The translations under genes and the position numbers were made by a program. A stretch of 46,319 bases of DNA, taken from assembly GCF_018977255.1 (NCBI RefSeq), contig NW_024705418.1, positions 1 to 46,319 of the forward strand. Direction: 5' to 3'. Position 1 is the stretch's first letter. Every line of letters begins with the position of its first letter. The notes under the pieces were generated by a model. That model did not search any database, had not been told where the DNA came from, and saw only the letters and a list, made by a program, of their open reading frames with translations. Shown in pieces: positions 32,701 through 41,606 of the stretch. This DNA is from Callorhinchus milii (taxonomy: Eukaryota).

Positions 32701-34506
32701 TTCTGTGAAACATTTTGGGACCCGACGATCTAACAAATCCAAGGATTATTATTATTATTATTATCATAATTGATATCAGTGCACGATATTTTGTATTGTA
32801 TTATTATACGTTATATTGTATATTTTATTCTTCTACTTTATATACGATAGGAGATTCCACCCAAAATATGACCATCGTTTACTACTTCGTTACAGAATAT
32901 ATCAGTGCAGATCCCTCAGAGCAGACTCGCTCCCCCTGCACTGAATACCTTACGCCTGAATGAAGCATGGTCGATTAGGAAGATCTTCAAGCGCTAGCTG
33001 AAATGGAGAAGGAAGGGGCAAGGCGTAGGGTTAGAGGAATGGTGACAATGTACCCACAGTAACTTTTGGTTGTCAGATTGTGTCACTAACCTGCAGATTC
33101 CACAGAATTTCTCTCCAGAAATATCACTGTACAAGGAAAAGAAAGAACAAAGCAGGAATTATTAATACAATAATTCACACAATCAGAGGGCTGATCTGCC
33201 GTCACAGAATCTTTCCTTAACTACAGGCAACCACTGAAGTTCGCCGCCAAAAAGATAATTATTCGGGGAGCGAACACCAGCACAAATACAACAGAGAAAC
33301 AGAGGACAGGGATTAATGTAGAGAGCTTCATTGGGGGAGTGAGCACCATCATAGACACCATGGGGAGAGCGCACAACAGGACTGAACAAAGATAACTTTC
33401 ACAGACTGACAAGCACACGGTTGGGCTGAACGGCATTTTCTGCGAAAGAAAAAAACACAAATTACTGCAGATGCTGGATATCAGACAACAAAAACAAAAG
33501 TCGCTGGGAACATTCAGCAGTTGAGGCAGCAGATCTAACGAGCTGTCGTGGAAACGAAACGTTGACTCTCTTTCCTTTCTCCTTAGATGTTGCCTGACAT
33601 GCTGAGTGTTCCCAGCGACTTCTGATATTTATTTTCTGAGCAAAGGCCGTATGTGTTTCTGTTTCTCTTTCGAGGCTTGGGGAAGCGATTTGCTGACCAC
33701 GCATAACCTAAGAAATTTATGTTTAACAGACTGGGCAGATTGTGTCTCTATTTCTGTATGAAGTGTGCTTACTGGTTGTTGTTTTTCCTGGTAGCTCCTG
33801 TCCCTTTACCCAACAATAACAACTTGCATTTTGACATCTTGCATTTGTACAGCAATAAATATACTTTAATGAGGGAAAGCATGGAAATGACTTTCTCTCC
33901 TCACTGTCCCCTTTCTCCTTTCTCCGCTTTTGCACTCGCCCCTCCTGCCTCTCCCACACCAAAACAGAATTAAGGGGCTTGGAGGACAAAGACAACTAAG
34001 GTGATCGAACGCAAGATCATAGGGAAGAGTGTTCAGATATATTTTGAAGGAAGCAAGGAAAGGGTGAGGTAGGGGTACTGCAGAATGTAGTCCCATTGGA
34101 TGGTTAGTGAGTGGCTAAATGCTCGTCCTTCAATGGTGGGGCTGTGAGGTGGGAGACATGAATCTGGCTGGAGTCCGCTGAGCTGAGGGTACCGGGCAGA
34201 TTGGTGAGGCGTTAGGAGGCATTTGTGGGCCAAATGCGGTAGGTAATTGCACATAGCAGTGTCCTACAAACAGTCGGGGATTGAAAATGACCAATTTATT
34301 ATTGTTTTGTTCAGGAGAGATTATTATTAGGCGTGTAGTGTAGAACTTGCCCAAGGGTTCGCCCTGCCTGGAATAGGACCAAAGTGTCTCGCTTGCAAGG
34401 CTATTGCTCTAACCGCAGAGATACAGAACCCCACTTAACGGTACATTCCCACAAATATTCTTGCATGGAAACTGTACTCACCGAAAATAAGAAACCATGA
34501 TTCCAT
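20301..34506 (-). CDS. SRCR-domain type I membrane receptor with three cytoplasmic ITIM/ITIM-like motifs, 10 coding exons, 425 aa: complement join(34482..34506,33091..33126,31771..32094,28426..28749,25196..25447,24601..24699,23534..23561,22750..22793,21386..21426,20301..20405)
   Basis: All nine introns are GT-AG, with phases 1,1,1,1,1,1,2,1,0. Exon lengths sum to 1278 nt with a single terminal TAG. Domain order is signal peptide, SRCR, SRCR, short SRCR, TM, tyrosine-motif tail. Group B SRCR (CD163/WC1/DMBT1/CD5/CD6 superfamily); no orthologue assigned. Confidence 0.82.
21045..21360. repeat. Degenerate minisatellite built on GAGCTGGGCTGACACAG
   Basis: Recurrent gagctggg and ctgacac words in intron 9 of the SRCR gene. 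Confidence 0.75.
21386..21426 (-). CDS. SRCR receptor exon 9 (cytoplasmic, YAAVRKVPRSVPPM)
   Basis: tttccttttgtttcag|ATGCT...CCAATG|gtgagt, 41 nt, phase 1-0. Confidence 0.82.
21560..22560 (-). mobile_element. Deu-domain-type SINE fragments, locally duplicated (~21740-21930 and ~22270-22460)
   Basis: tgggatctttaatatcctcctaaagagg...tctgaaggacg and its copy gggttctttaatgtccacctaagagg...tctgaaaga resemble the DeuSINE core. Both copies are followed by gtggctcaa.ttgaga.aagcgattgacagtc. Similar fragments lie at ~2720-2790 and ~23890-24080. Confidence 0.6.
22750..22793 (-). CDS. SRCR receptor exon 8 (cytoplasmic, RNVPTGGGPEPSNVT)
   Basis: ctctctgttttttttcgcag|GAACG...CACCT|gtgagt, 44 nt, phase 2-1. 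Confidence 0.8.
23534..23561 (-). CDS. SRCR receptor exon 7 (cytoplasmic, GKQHSSSGE)
   Basis: ccctttgcaattacag|GTAAAC...GGAAAG|gtgaga, 28 nt, phase 1-2. Confidence 0.75.
24430..24555 (+). mobile_element. SINE 3' fragment (same family as 13888-14215)
   Basis: cgcccacaaatatacagtaaattcact...gtgaagcgctttgcgac...gaaaagcgatatatcaaatgcaagg. Confidence 0.8.
24601..24699 (-). CDS. SRCR receptor exon 6, transmembrane exon
   Basis: tttccctctctag|CA...AAAAAAG|gtaagt, 99 nt. Encodes ANWTWKH-ITGLAAGIVAALMIIVLLLGI-SEYKK: an uncharged 21-aa helix, basic stop-transfer residues and an NWT sequon. Confidence 0.88.
24821..25006. repeat. 17-bp minisatellite, 11 units of two variants
   Basis: GGGGTCAGTGTGAGCTC (8 copies) interspersed with GGGATGATTGTGAGCTC (3 copies), between the SRCR3 and TM exons. 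Confidence 0.95.
25196..25447 (-). CDS. SRCR receptor exon 5, divergent shortened SRCR domain 3
   Basis: Encodes RLVNGGSRCAGRVDLY..WGTVC..IC..LGCG..FGEGSGPVFGRPDCGHGLDGGIFCS. 252 nt, phase 1-1. Both splice sites are weak (catggcag|G and G|gtgtag). Confidence 0.7.
25760..28205. repeat. Degenerate TGTGCTC-rich satellite in SRCR intron 4
   Basis: Dense recurrence of (c/t)gtgctc(a/c)cc words. Contains an ambiguous base at 27588. Confidence 0.75.
28426..28749 (-). CDS. SRCR receptor exon 4, SRCR domain 2
   Basis: ttttcttttggcag|AT...TGTACAG|gtaaat, 324 nt. Encodes LRLVNGGSPCAGRVEVY...DAGVICT and is a close paralogue of exon 3. Confidence 0.93.
29470..31530. repeat. Degenerate C/A-rich repeat (29470-30340) followed by TGTGCTC-rich satellite (30340-31530) in SRCR intron 3
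   Basis: gg(t/c)acag words in the first part, and the same gtgctc satellite as intron 4 in the second. Confidence 0.7.
31771..32094 (-). CDS. SRCR receptor exon 3, SRCR domain 1
   Basis: ttttacag|AG...TGCTCAG|gtaatt, 324 nt. Encodes VRLVNGGSRCAGRVEVY...WD..DAAVVCKELGCG...FGKGSGP...DAGVICS. Confidence 0.93.
33091..33126 (-). CDS. SRCR receptor exon 2 (signal peptide end, VIFLERNSVESA)
   Basis: ttctttcttttccttgtacag|TGATA...TCTGCAG|gttagt, 36 nt, phase 1-1. A split leader with a 36-nt second exon is common in immune receptor genes. Confidence 0.72.
33449..33634. mobile_element. Short palindromic Penelope pLTR remnant
   Basis: aagtcgctgggaacattcagcagttgaggcagca is the imperfect reverse complement of tgttgcctgacatgctgagtgttcccagcgactt. 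It shares aatactgcag termini and gaaacgttgactc with the element at 11119-12267. Confidence 0.75.
33815..34220 (-). mobile_element. LINE L2 3' end fragment
   Basis: Minus strand encodes PTIEGRAFSH and ASFKIYLNTLPYDLAFDH (L2 ORF2 C-terminus), followed by a tail ending in tgcaagttgttattgttg. Confidence 0.7.
34221..34431 (-). mobile_element. SINE 5' part (tRNA head plus body), same family as 13888-14215
   Basis: Aligns by eye to 13995-14215 (cttgcccaagggttcgccc, tctcgcttgcaagg, gattgaaaatgaccaatttattattg). Confidence 0.85.
34482..34506 (-). CDS. SRCR receptor exon 1 (signal peptide start, MESWFLIF)
   Basis: ATGGAATCATGGTTTCTTATTTTCG|gtgagt, a consensus donor in phase 1. Confidence 0.7.
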
Positions 34507-35394
34507 TTCGAGAATGTGGAGGCGCTCGAGTCAAGTAGAGAACCTGGCGGCTTGTGCTTGTGTCCGACGTGGAGGGATCTCTGCAGACTTAAATCATACG
34601 GAGTAATTCTCAGGAGAAGCTATTGATAGTGTCACCCTGCTCTGTGATCATCAAACATCCACTTCTCTGTAACACTTACATCCAAAGCTGTTGTGACTCG
34701 CACATTGAGGAACAGTCTGACACACACACACACAAACAGGAGCTGTGATAGACACACACACAAACACACATTCAGAGAGGAACACGAACTGTGACTAACA
34801 GATGTATATTTAGCGACGCTTAGAGATAGAGTTAGAGATTCAGACTCTCTCTCTCTCTCTTTCTCTCTGAAGAACGAACACGACATGTGATGTCCTTCAC
34901 AGGAATTGTTGCAACACGTGCACACAAACCGCCAGCGTGAAGCTGATTCTCAGAAACTGCAGAATGTTATTTTAGTGCTGTGAGTAAAGCTCCGATTGGG
35001 AGCTGTGAACTGAGCTGGACACCCAGCCCTGAGTATTTTGTAGAAAGAAGAAGTGGGTTCTTCCTGGTGTCACATTATACACTTTTCCATTGCTGTGTGC
35101 ACAATTCTGCGTGTTTGTGTTCCTCCGCAAATACACAGTCACAGCATATTACAGTGATTCCCGTGAAAAACTATGGAAGGATTGCACGCAGCAATGAGTC
35201 CTGGAGTCAAATGTAACAGTACGTAGGCAGGAGAAACCACACATTTACGCTCTCAATTTAGACTCTTTGACAGATTACCTACTTCCTGTTTTCAGTTGCT
35301 CACATTTTATCTTTTCTTGCGACATCCTTCCCCGCAGTATTTCAGGGCATTGATTGCTGACTAATACCCGGCGTAGATCAGCGTAGATTTGTTG

Positions 35395-35875
35395 GGTTAT
35401 TACCAGGGATGAAGGGGATGAGTTAAGAGCGTATATTTACCAATTTGGGTCTATATTCTCTACAATATAAAAGAATTAGAGGGGATCTTATAGAATCCTT
35501 TATGATCATCAAAGCGCATGATAGAATAGATATTCGGAGATTGTTTCCCCTTGTTGGATAACTAAAACCAGGGGTCACATCCTGAAAATCAGAGGCCAAC
35601 CCTTTTGCACTGAGTTGAGGAAGAATTTCTTCACTCAAATGGTGGTGAATGTATGGAACTCACTCCCCCAAAGGGCTGTTGATGCTCAGTCCTTGAACAC
35701 ATTCAAGACTGAGATAGATAGATTTCTTATTGCAAAAGGGATTAAGGGATATGGGGATAAGGCAGGGTCAGGTTATTAGCTGGAGTTAGATTAGAAGAGC
35801 AGCGATGATTGAATGGCGGGGCAGGCTCGAAGGCCCTAATGGCCTAGTCCTGCTCCTACATGTTCTGTTATGTCT
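35395..35875 (+). mobile_element. LINE CR1 3' end fragment
   Basis: Encodes PGMKGMS*ERIFTNLGLYSLQYKRIRGDLIESFMIIK and RNFFTQMVVNVWNSLPQ, followed by a CR1 3' UTR gaatggcggggcaggctcgaagg...cctgctcct. Confidence 0.9.
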
Positions 35876-35879
35876 CCAT

Positions 35880-38800
35880 CCATCTGTTACACTCACAATA
35901 TCTATCACACATATCTATTACACACACATTGTTTCTCTCAGATTCTCAGTCTCTCTCCATCGGTGGATACCAAAGCTTCTTTAACAGACAAACTGTGACT
36001 CTCAAACACTCTCTGTCTCTCTCTCACAATCCCAAGCAGAATCTCCAACTATAACTCTCAAATTCTCACACACACTCCCCATATTGTTCCCTCACACTAT
36101 AGGTCTGTCTTACAAATTCTCTCTCTCTCTCTCTCTCTCGCTCTCTCTCTATAAACTTATAGACCGTATGCAAGGGTCAATATTGGATATTTTGTAAATG
36201 GCAAGATGATGTGTAGTTGAACCACTCTCATGGTGTTAGCTTTGCAACTTTGCCGGATATGAAGCACAAACCGCACAGCACCTCCCAGCAAAAAGATCTG
36301 AAACATTTAATTGAAAAAGGAAAAAACAACTAAACGGAACAACATAATTTCTTTAGCGGTGTTTTGTATCTGTATTTGTCTGGACAGTAAACTAGTCTGA
36401 AGTCTCATATCTACGCTCCTGGCTGGCCCTTACAGCTCTATAATGCACAGTATATGCTTAATTGAGAGTTCTCAGCCCTGCTGTCTTGTCAGCTTTTGAG
36501 ATATTACAATCAGATAAGGAAGCCAGTCTCCACTCTGCAACACCTCAGTTGACTACTAACACTGCCAATATTTCCGTCTTCCAAGCTGCAACTTTAATAC
36601 AGTATAATTCAACTGACATTTCTATAGCGACCTTCACTTCAGAATTACTGGTGTTTGTGAAAATTAATGTAATTCATGTGAAGTTTGATGGTAACATTGC
36701 TCACGATCTCAGTAGCACTCACAAACATTATTTCTCACACACTCTCTCACACAATCTCACACTGTGTAGATCACACTCTCAGTCTCAGTCTCTCTATCTC
36801 CATATGTGTCTCTGAAACTCTGAGTCTCCCTACATCTGTTACTCTCTAAATATCTATCACAAACACATTGTGTCTCTCACACTCCCATTCTCTATCTAGC
36901 TGCGTCTCTCATCAGTCTCTGAAGCACACACAATGTGACTCACACTCTCTCTCTCTCTCACACGTCCGTGTATCTCACGCACTCTCTCACACTCTGAAGC
37001 ACTGTGCAGCTCAGTCCCTCTATGTCCATATTCTCCATCTCCTTCCACCTGTTTCGTTCAAATTCACACGCTGTATCTCTCATAATGTCTTTCTGTACCT
37101 CCCAATCTCGCTCACTCTCTGTATCTCTCACACTATCTCTCTCTCCCTATGTGTCTTACACAAAGTCAGTCAGTCTTTCAAATTGTGTGTCTCAGAATCT
37201 TACTCTCTCTCCGACTGTCTATTTTTGGCTCTAAGATGAGACGATAAATTAAGGTTCAGTTTGTGCTGTCTCGAAGACAAATATTAAAGATACCGAAACG
37301 CCAATGGGAAATGAGACGGGAGTTTCTCCAGGTGTTATATTCCAGACCAGTTCAATTTAATCAGTATGAAAGCGTTAATATTGGACATAGTGTCAAATGG
37401 CAAAGGCTGTTGTGCAGCTGAAACGCTTTCATGGTATTGGCTAAGCATCGTTACCGGACACAAAGCACAAACCACAAAACGCCTCCCAGCAAAAAGTGCA
37501 AAAAGTTTAATTGCAAATGGAAAATACAACTAAACAGAGCAAACACGGAGAGGAAAGATAGGAGAGTTCCTCTACGTTTTAATATCCAGAGCAACTCAAT
37601 TCAAGCTGAATGAAATGGATACTATTAGACATGTTGTCAAATGGAAAAAGCTGATGTGTCGCTGAAACTCTGCCATGGTGTTGGCTTAGCAGAGGTACCG
37701 GATATCAAGCACAAACCGCACAAATCGCCCTCCAAAAAGTGCTCAAGCATTCAAATGCAAAAGGGAAAGTGACTAAACAGAAATACAGAATTTCTTCAGC
37801 GCAATTTTTTCTCTATATTTCTTTGGACAGCAAACACACTTCGAATCTCAAATCTGCTTTTTAATAATAGTGGTAACCATTGCATTTGCTTCAAGACTTC
37901 ATCGAGACGTTTCAGAGAAATATTCTATATTTCAGACACGATGTTGTTCGGAATGAAAGTGCATTTATGCCAGAAAATGAAAAGGTGGCACATCAAATGC
38001 ACAATTTTGATCAGAAAAATTTGGAAAACGGGTCAACAGCAACATTGTTTTCTTTCCCACATTCACTGATAATCAGGACCACNTTTTTCCAACTCTGCCA
38101 CATTACCTGCCCCAATCCACACATCACATTCACAGCAGCTGAAACACTCACTGCCGACTGGAAGATTCCGTTGACCTTCTTTCTCGTCTCGCCAGCAACA
38201 CAATACACATTATACGATTAATTGAGAGTTCCCCAGACCTGCTGTCTTGTCTGCTTTGAAAAACATTACAATCATATAGGGAAGCTGCTCTCCAGCCTGC
38301 AAAACATCGGTTGACCACAGCTGGAGCTAATGTTTCTATCTTTCAATGTGCTAGTTTAATAAAATATAAAACAAGTGACATTTGTGTCGCGCTTTCACAT
38401 CGGAAGATTAGTTTGTTGTGCAAATTAATGTAATTCATGTGAAATTCGATGGCAGCATTGCTCACACTCTCAGTCTCTCTCACGCACAAACACTGTGACT
38501 CTCGCATTCTCTCGCACACTCTGAAGCACTGTGTCGCTCAAACTCTCAGTCCGTCTATCTCCGTATGTTTCTCTGACACGCTCTGTCTCCCTCCATATGT
38601 TTCTCTCAAAGTTTTTATCACACACACACATTGTCTCTCACACGTTCAGTCTCTATGCACCTGTGTCTCTCAATTTCTCTGTCAAATACAATGTGCCTCT
38701 CTGTCACTCTCCCAATCTCCCTCTGTGTCTCTGACACTTCCATTATCAATCTCCCCCATGCGTCTCTCCCACGGTAAGCCTGTCGCAAACTTAGTCGCTC

Positions 38801-39600
38801 TCGCTCTCACTCAAACTTACCGACTGCTTATCATAGGCTTTAAAATGAGAGGTTCAACTGACCTTGATTTGAGTTGTGTTGAAGACATATGTTACGAACC
38901 CGAGACGTTATCAGGAAGTGCGAAGGGAGTTTCTCCAATTGTTATACTCCAGAGCAGCTCAATTTAAATTGTAATAAAGGGTTAATATTGAAGATGCTTT
39001 CAAATGGCAAAAGCTGATGAGTCGCTGAACCACTTTCATGATGTTAGCTTTGCAGCTTCACGCACACTCTGCCTCTCTCTCTCACACTCTCAAAGCTCTC
39101 GCTCTCCTTTTGTGTCACTGAAGCTCTCTCTCTCTCTCTCTCTCTCTCGCTCTCTGTATCTCTCACACTATCTTTCTCTCTTACGCTCATTGTCTCTCAC
39201 ATTCTTAATCTCTCTTTCTCTCTCTTTCTCGATGTGGATCTAAGACGCAGTGATAAACTCAGGACAGACCTTAAAGTTCCTGTGATGCTATTTGGGAAAA
39301 AGAAGGGATTTTCTCCTGGTATTCGAATCCAGACAAGCTCAATATTATACTTAGTGTTTAACGGTAACGGGTGATATGTAGCTGTAATCTGCCATGGTAT
39401 CACCTCAACAGCATTACCGGATGTAAAGCACAAACCACACAAACACCTCATGGGAAAAGGGCTCAAACTTTTAACTGTAAAAGCGAGAAAAACAGCTCAA
39501 CTCAACTGCAGAATAACTGTAAAGGGATGTTGTATCTACATTTCTCTTGACAGAAAACCGCTTTGAGCTTCCAAATTCCTTTTTAACAATAATAGTAATC
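35880..39600. repeat. Complex tandem duplication of AT-rich modules interleaved with CT/CA microsatellites
   Basis: Module A (aaatggcaa..gctg.tg.gt.gctgaa...catggt.tt.gc...ccggat...aagcacaaacc.cac) occurs at ~36190, 37390, 37640, 39000 (partial) and 39370. Module B (attgagagtt...gctgtcttgtc...aattaatgtaattcatgtgaa) occurs at 36460-36710 and 38220-38465. Confidence 0.8.
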
Positions 39601-40137
39601 TTTGCTTTGGATGTGGCGCCTTATCATGTCTTTTAGAAGTCTCAAAGTGCTTTACGTGTTATACTGTAAAGTTAGTTGACTATGTGTTTTTATGGTCGCT
39701 GTATCAAATGCAAGGACTATTATTATTATTTTAAAAACAAATCGTATTGACGCAGGAATTCACTGGGTGTTCAGAGTTTTTTTGACACTGTTTTATTTAG
39801 CAGATGATATAATTATTCGGTTCGTATTTATTATGATTGTATATAGTCCATTGTGTTGTATGTATTATACAATATCAGATTCTTCCTTTGTAAAGCCATG
39901 TGAAGTCGCCCAATGTGGAATCCGCTATATAAACGCAACTGGTTTAGTTATTATGGAAATTAATAATCAATATATTACAAAAATATAAATAGGAAGGAGA
40001 ATATGAACTTTTACAGCGCCTTCACTGCACACTGGGCACCGTATCAGTGCGTAATAGCGGCGGATACTAACTCCGAGCCGGGGGAATAATAAGAATATTA
40101 ATCTTAATAATAGTTGCTGTGTCTCACGTCAGTCACT

Positions 40138-40362
40138 GGTTACCAGTGAGAGAATGGCTTGTCTCTCTTTCCTGACAATCAACTGTTACCAGGGAGACAG
40201 TGGGCGTGTCTCACTTTCCTGTCAATCAACTGTTACCCGGGAGACAGTGGGCGTGTCTCGCTTTCCTTTCAATCAACAGGTACCAGGGCGAGAGTGGGCG
40301 TGTCTCTCTTTCCTGTCAATCAACATTTACCAGGGAGACAGTGGGCGTGTCACTCGCTGTCA
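40138..40362. repeat. 47-bp tandem repeat, four full units
   Basis: GTCTCTCTTTCCTGTCAATCAACTGTTACCAGGGAGACAGTGGGCGT with starts at 40161, 40208, 40255 and 40302. Confidence 0.93.
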
Positions 40363-40829
40363 AGGAGAGGAGCAGTGGTGACGTTACGTGAGTGAGAACC
40401 GGAGAAAGAGAGACGTGCGTACGTTACGTGAGCGGCAGCACAGAGAGTCGACCCGAGAGAGACTCACACACAACGGGGAAGCTGTGCCGTTCAATATGGC
40501 GGAGCAGTGAAGCGCAGACAGTCAAACACATAAACACACACACACGCACACTGAGGCGGGTAGACGTGCGGACGACACCGCGTATGCAGCCTGCCCGTCT
40601 CCCTACGTCACGTACGCGGTGTCGTTAGCGGTGCCGTTGTATAATAATTATAATAATCACAATAATAATAATGGGCATTTTATACAGCGCCTCATCACGT
40701 TTTCGAGACGTCTCAGTGCTGGATACATTGTAAGGCGAAGTCAGTGAATTTACCCCTGTAACTTGGAAGCGATCGAATTATTAAGACTTTCACAAACTAT
40801 TGCCGGTTCTATTACCCTCGGAAAACAGA

Positions 40830-41537
40830 TGCCAATAAACTACCATGCGGGTTCCTGCTGACAGAAGGAAAACAAGGGCTGGGGGAGAAGCTGGGAAACA
40901 GGAAGGCCACAGAGGGCAGCAGATTGACAACCGGGCTGACCAACCGGAAGCTCTGGAGTGTTGGAAAGAGCCAATAGGCAGCGAGTTGGCGGGGAGAGAG
41001 TGGCGGTTGGAGAAAGAGCGCGTGGCAATAAGTAGCTGAGGTGATTGGTGGAGACGGGACGATCAGAGAACGCAGTCTGATTGCCAACTCAACTGACCAA
41101 TCATACGGTCTGGGTTTGGGGGGCGGGTGACTGAGTTGACCAATAGAAAGCGAATGGGCGGGGAACGTTTGAGGGTTGGCGATAGCGTGCGGCAGGAAGT
41201 AGAGGAGATGACTGACGTCGACCTGGACCCATCAAAGCGCGACTATTGATTAATGTACAGACAGACCAATGGGAAGACCTGACAGTCGGGGCGGGTGTTG
41301 GAATTGTCCAATGGGGTGCGAGTCGGCGGTGACATAGTCACGGTTGAATAGGAAGCGGATGGCTTGGAGGATTAGAGTTGATTGACTTACACATGGACCT
41401 ATCAGAGCACGGTATTCAATTAGACAATTAGGCAGACCTATGGGAAGCTCTGGCTGTCGGGGCGGGTGTTGGGAATGAACCAATGGGGAGCGAGTGGGCG
41501 GGGACAGATTAAGGTTTGAAGGAGGAAAAGCTCAAAC
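40830..41537 (+). promoter_or_regulatory. CpG-rich promoter-like region of four ~160-170-bp units with CCAAT and GC boxes
   Basis: CCAAT at 40832, 40971, 41097, 41140, 41266, 41308 and 41480, and ATTGG at 41044. GGGCGG(G) boxes near 41120, 41157, 41288, 41459 and 41496. Unit starts are ~40938, 41095, 41264 and 41435. Confidence 0.65.
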
Positions 41538-41606
41538 ATGGCCGACGACCGCCTGGAGAGAGAGTGGCCCCGAGCTGCAAGACAACTGGGGCTGATAGGG
41601 GGTCAG
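41538..41606 (+). CDS. Candidate first coding exon (MADDRLEREWPRAARQLGLIGGQ) of a gene extending beyond the window
   Basis: Strong Kozak context aaacATGG directly after the CCAAT/GC array, and a donor CAG|gtcagt. No second exon is recognisable in the window. Confidence 0.35.

Noticed and set aside
40138..41490. MHC-type S-X-Y enhancer (RFX, CRE, NF-Y sites in order)
   Set aside because: The sites are hundreds of bases apart, whereas the SXY module needs tight fixed spacing, and no MHC exon is present.
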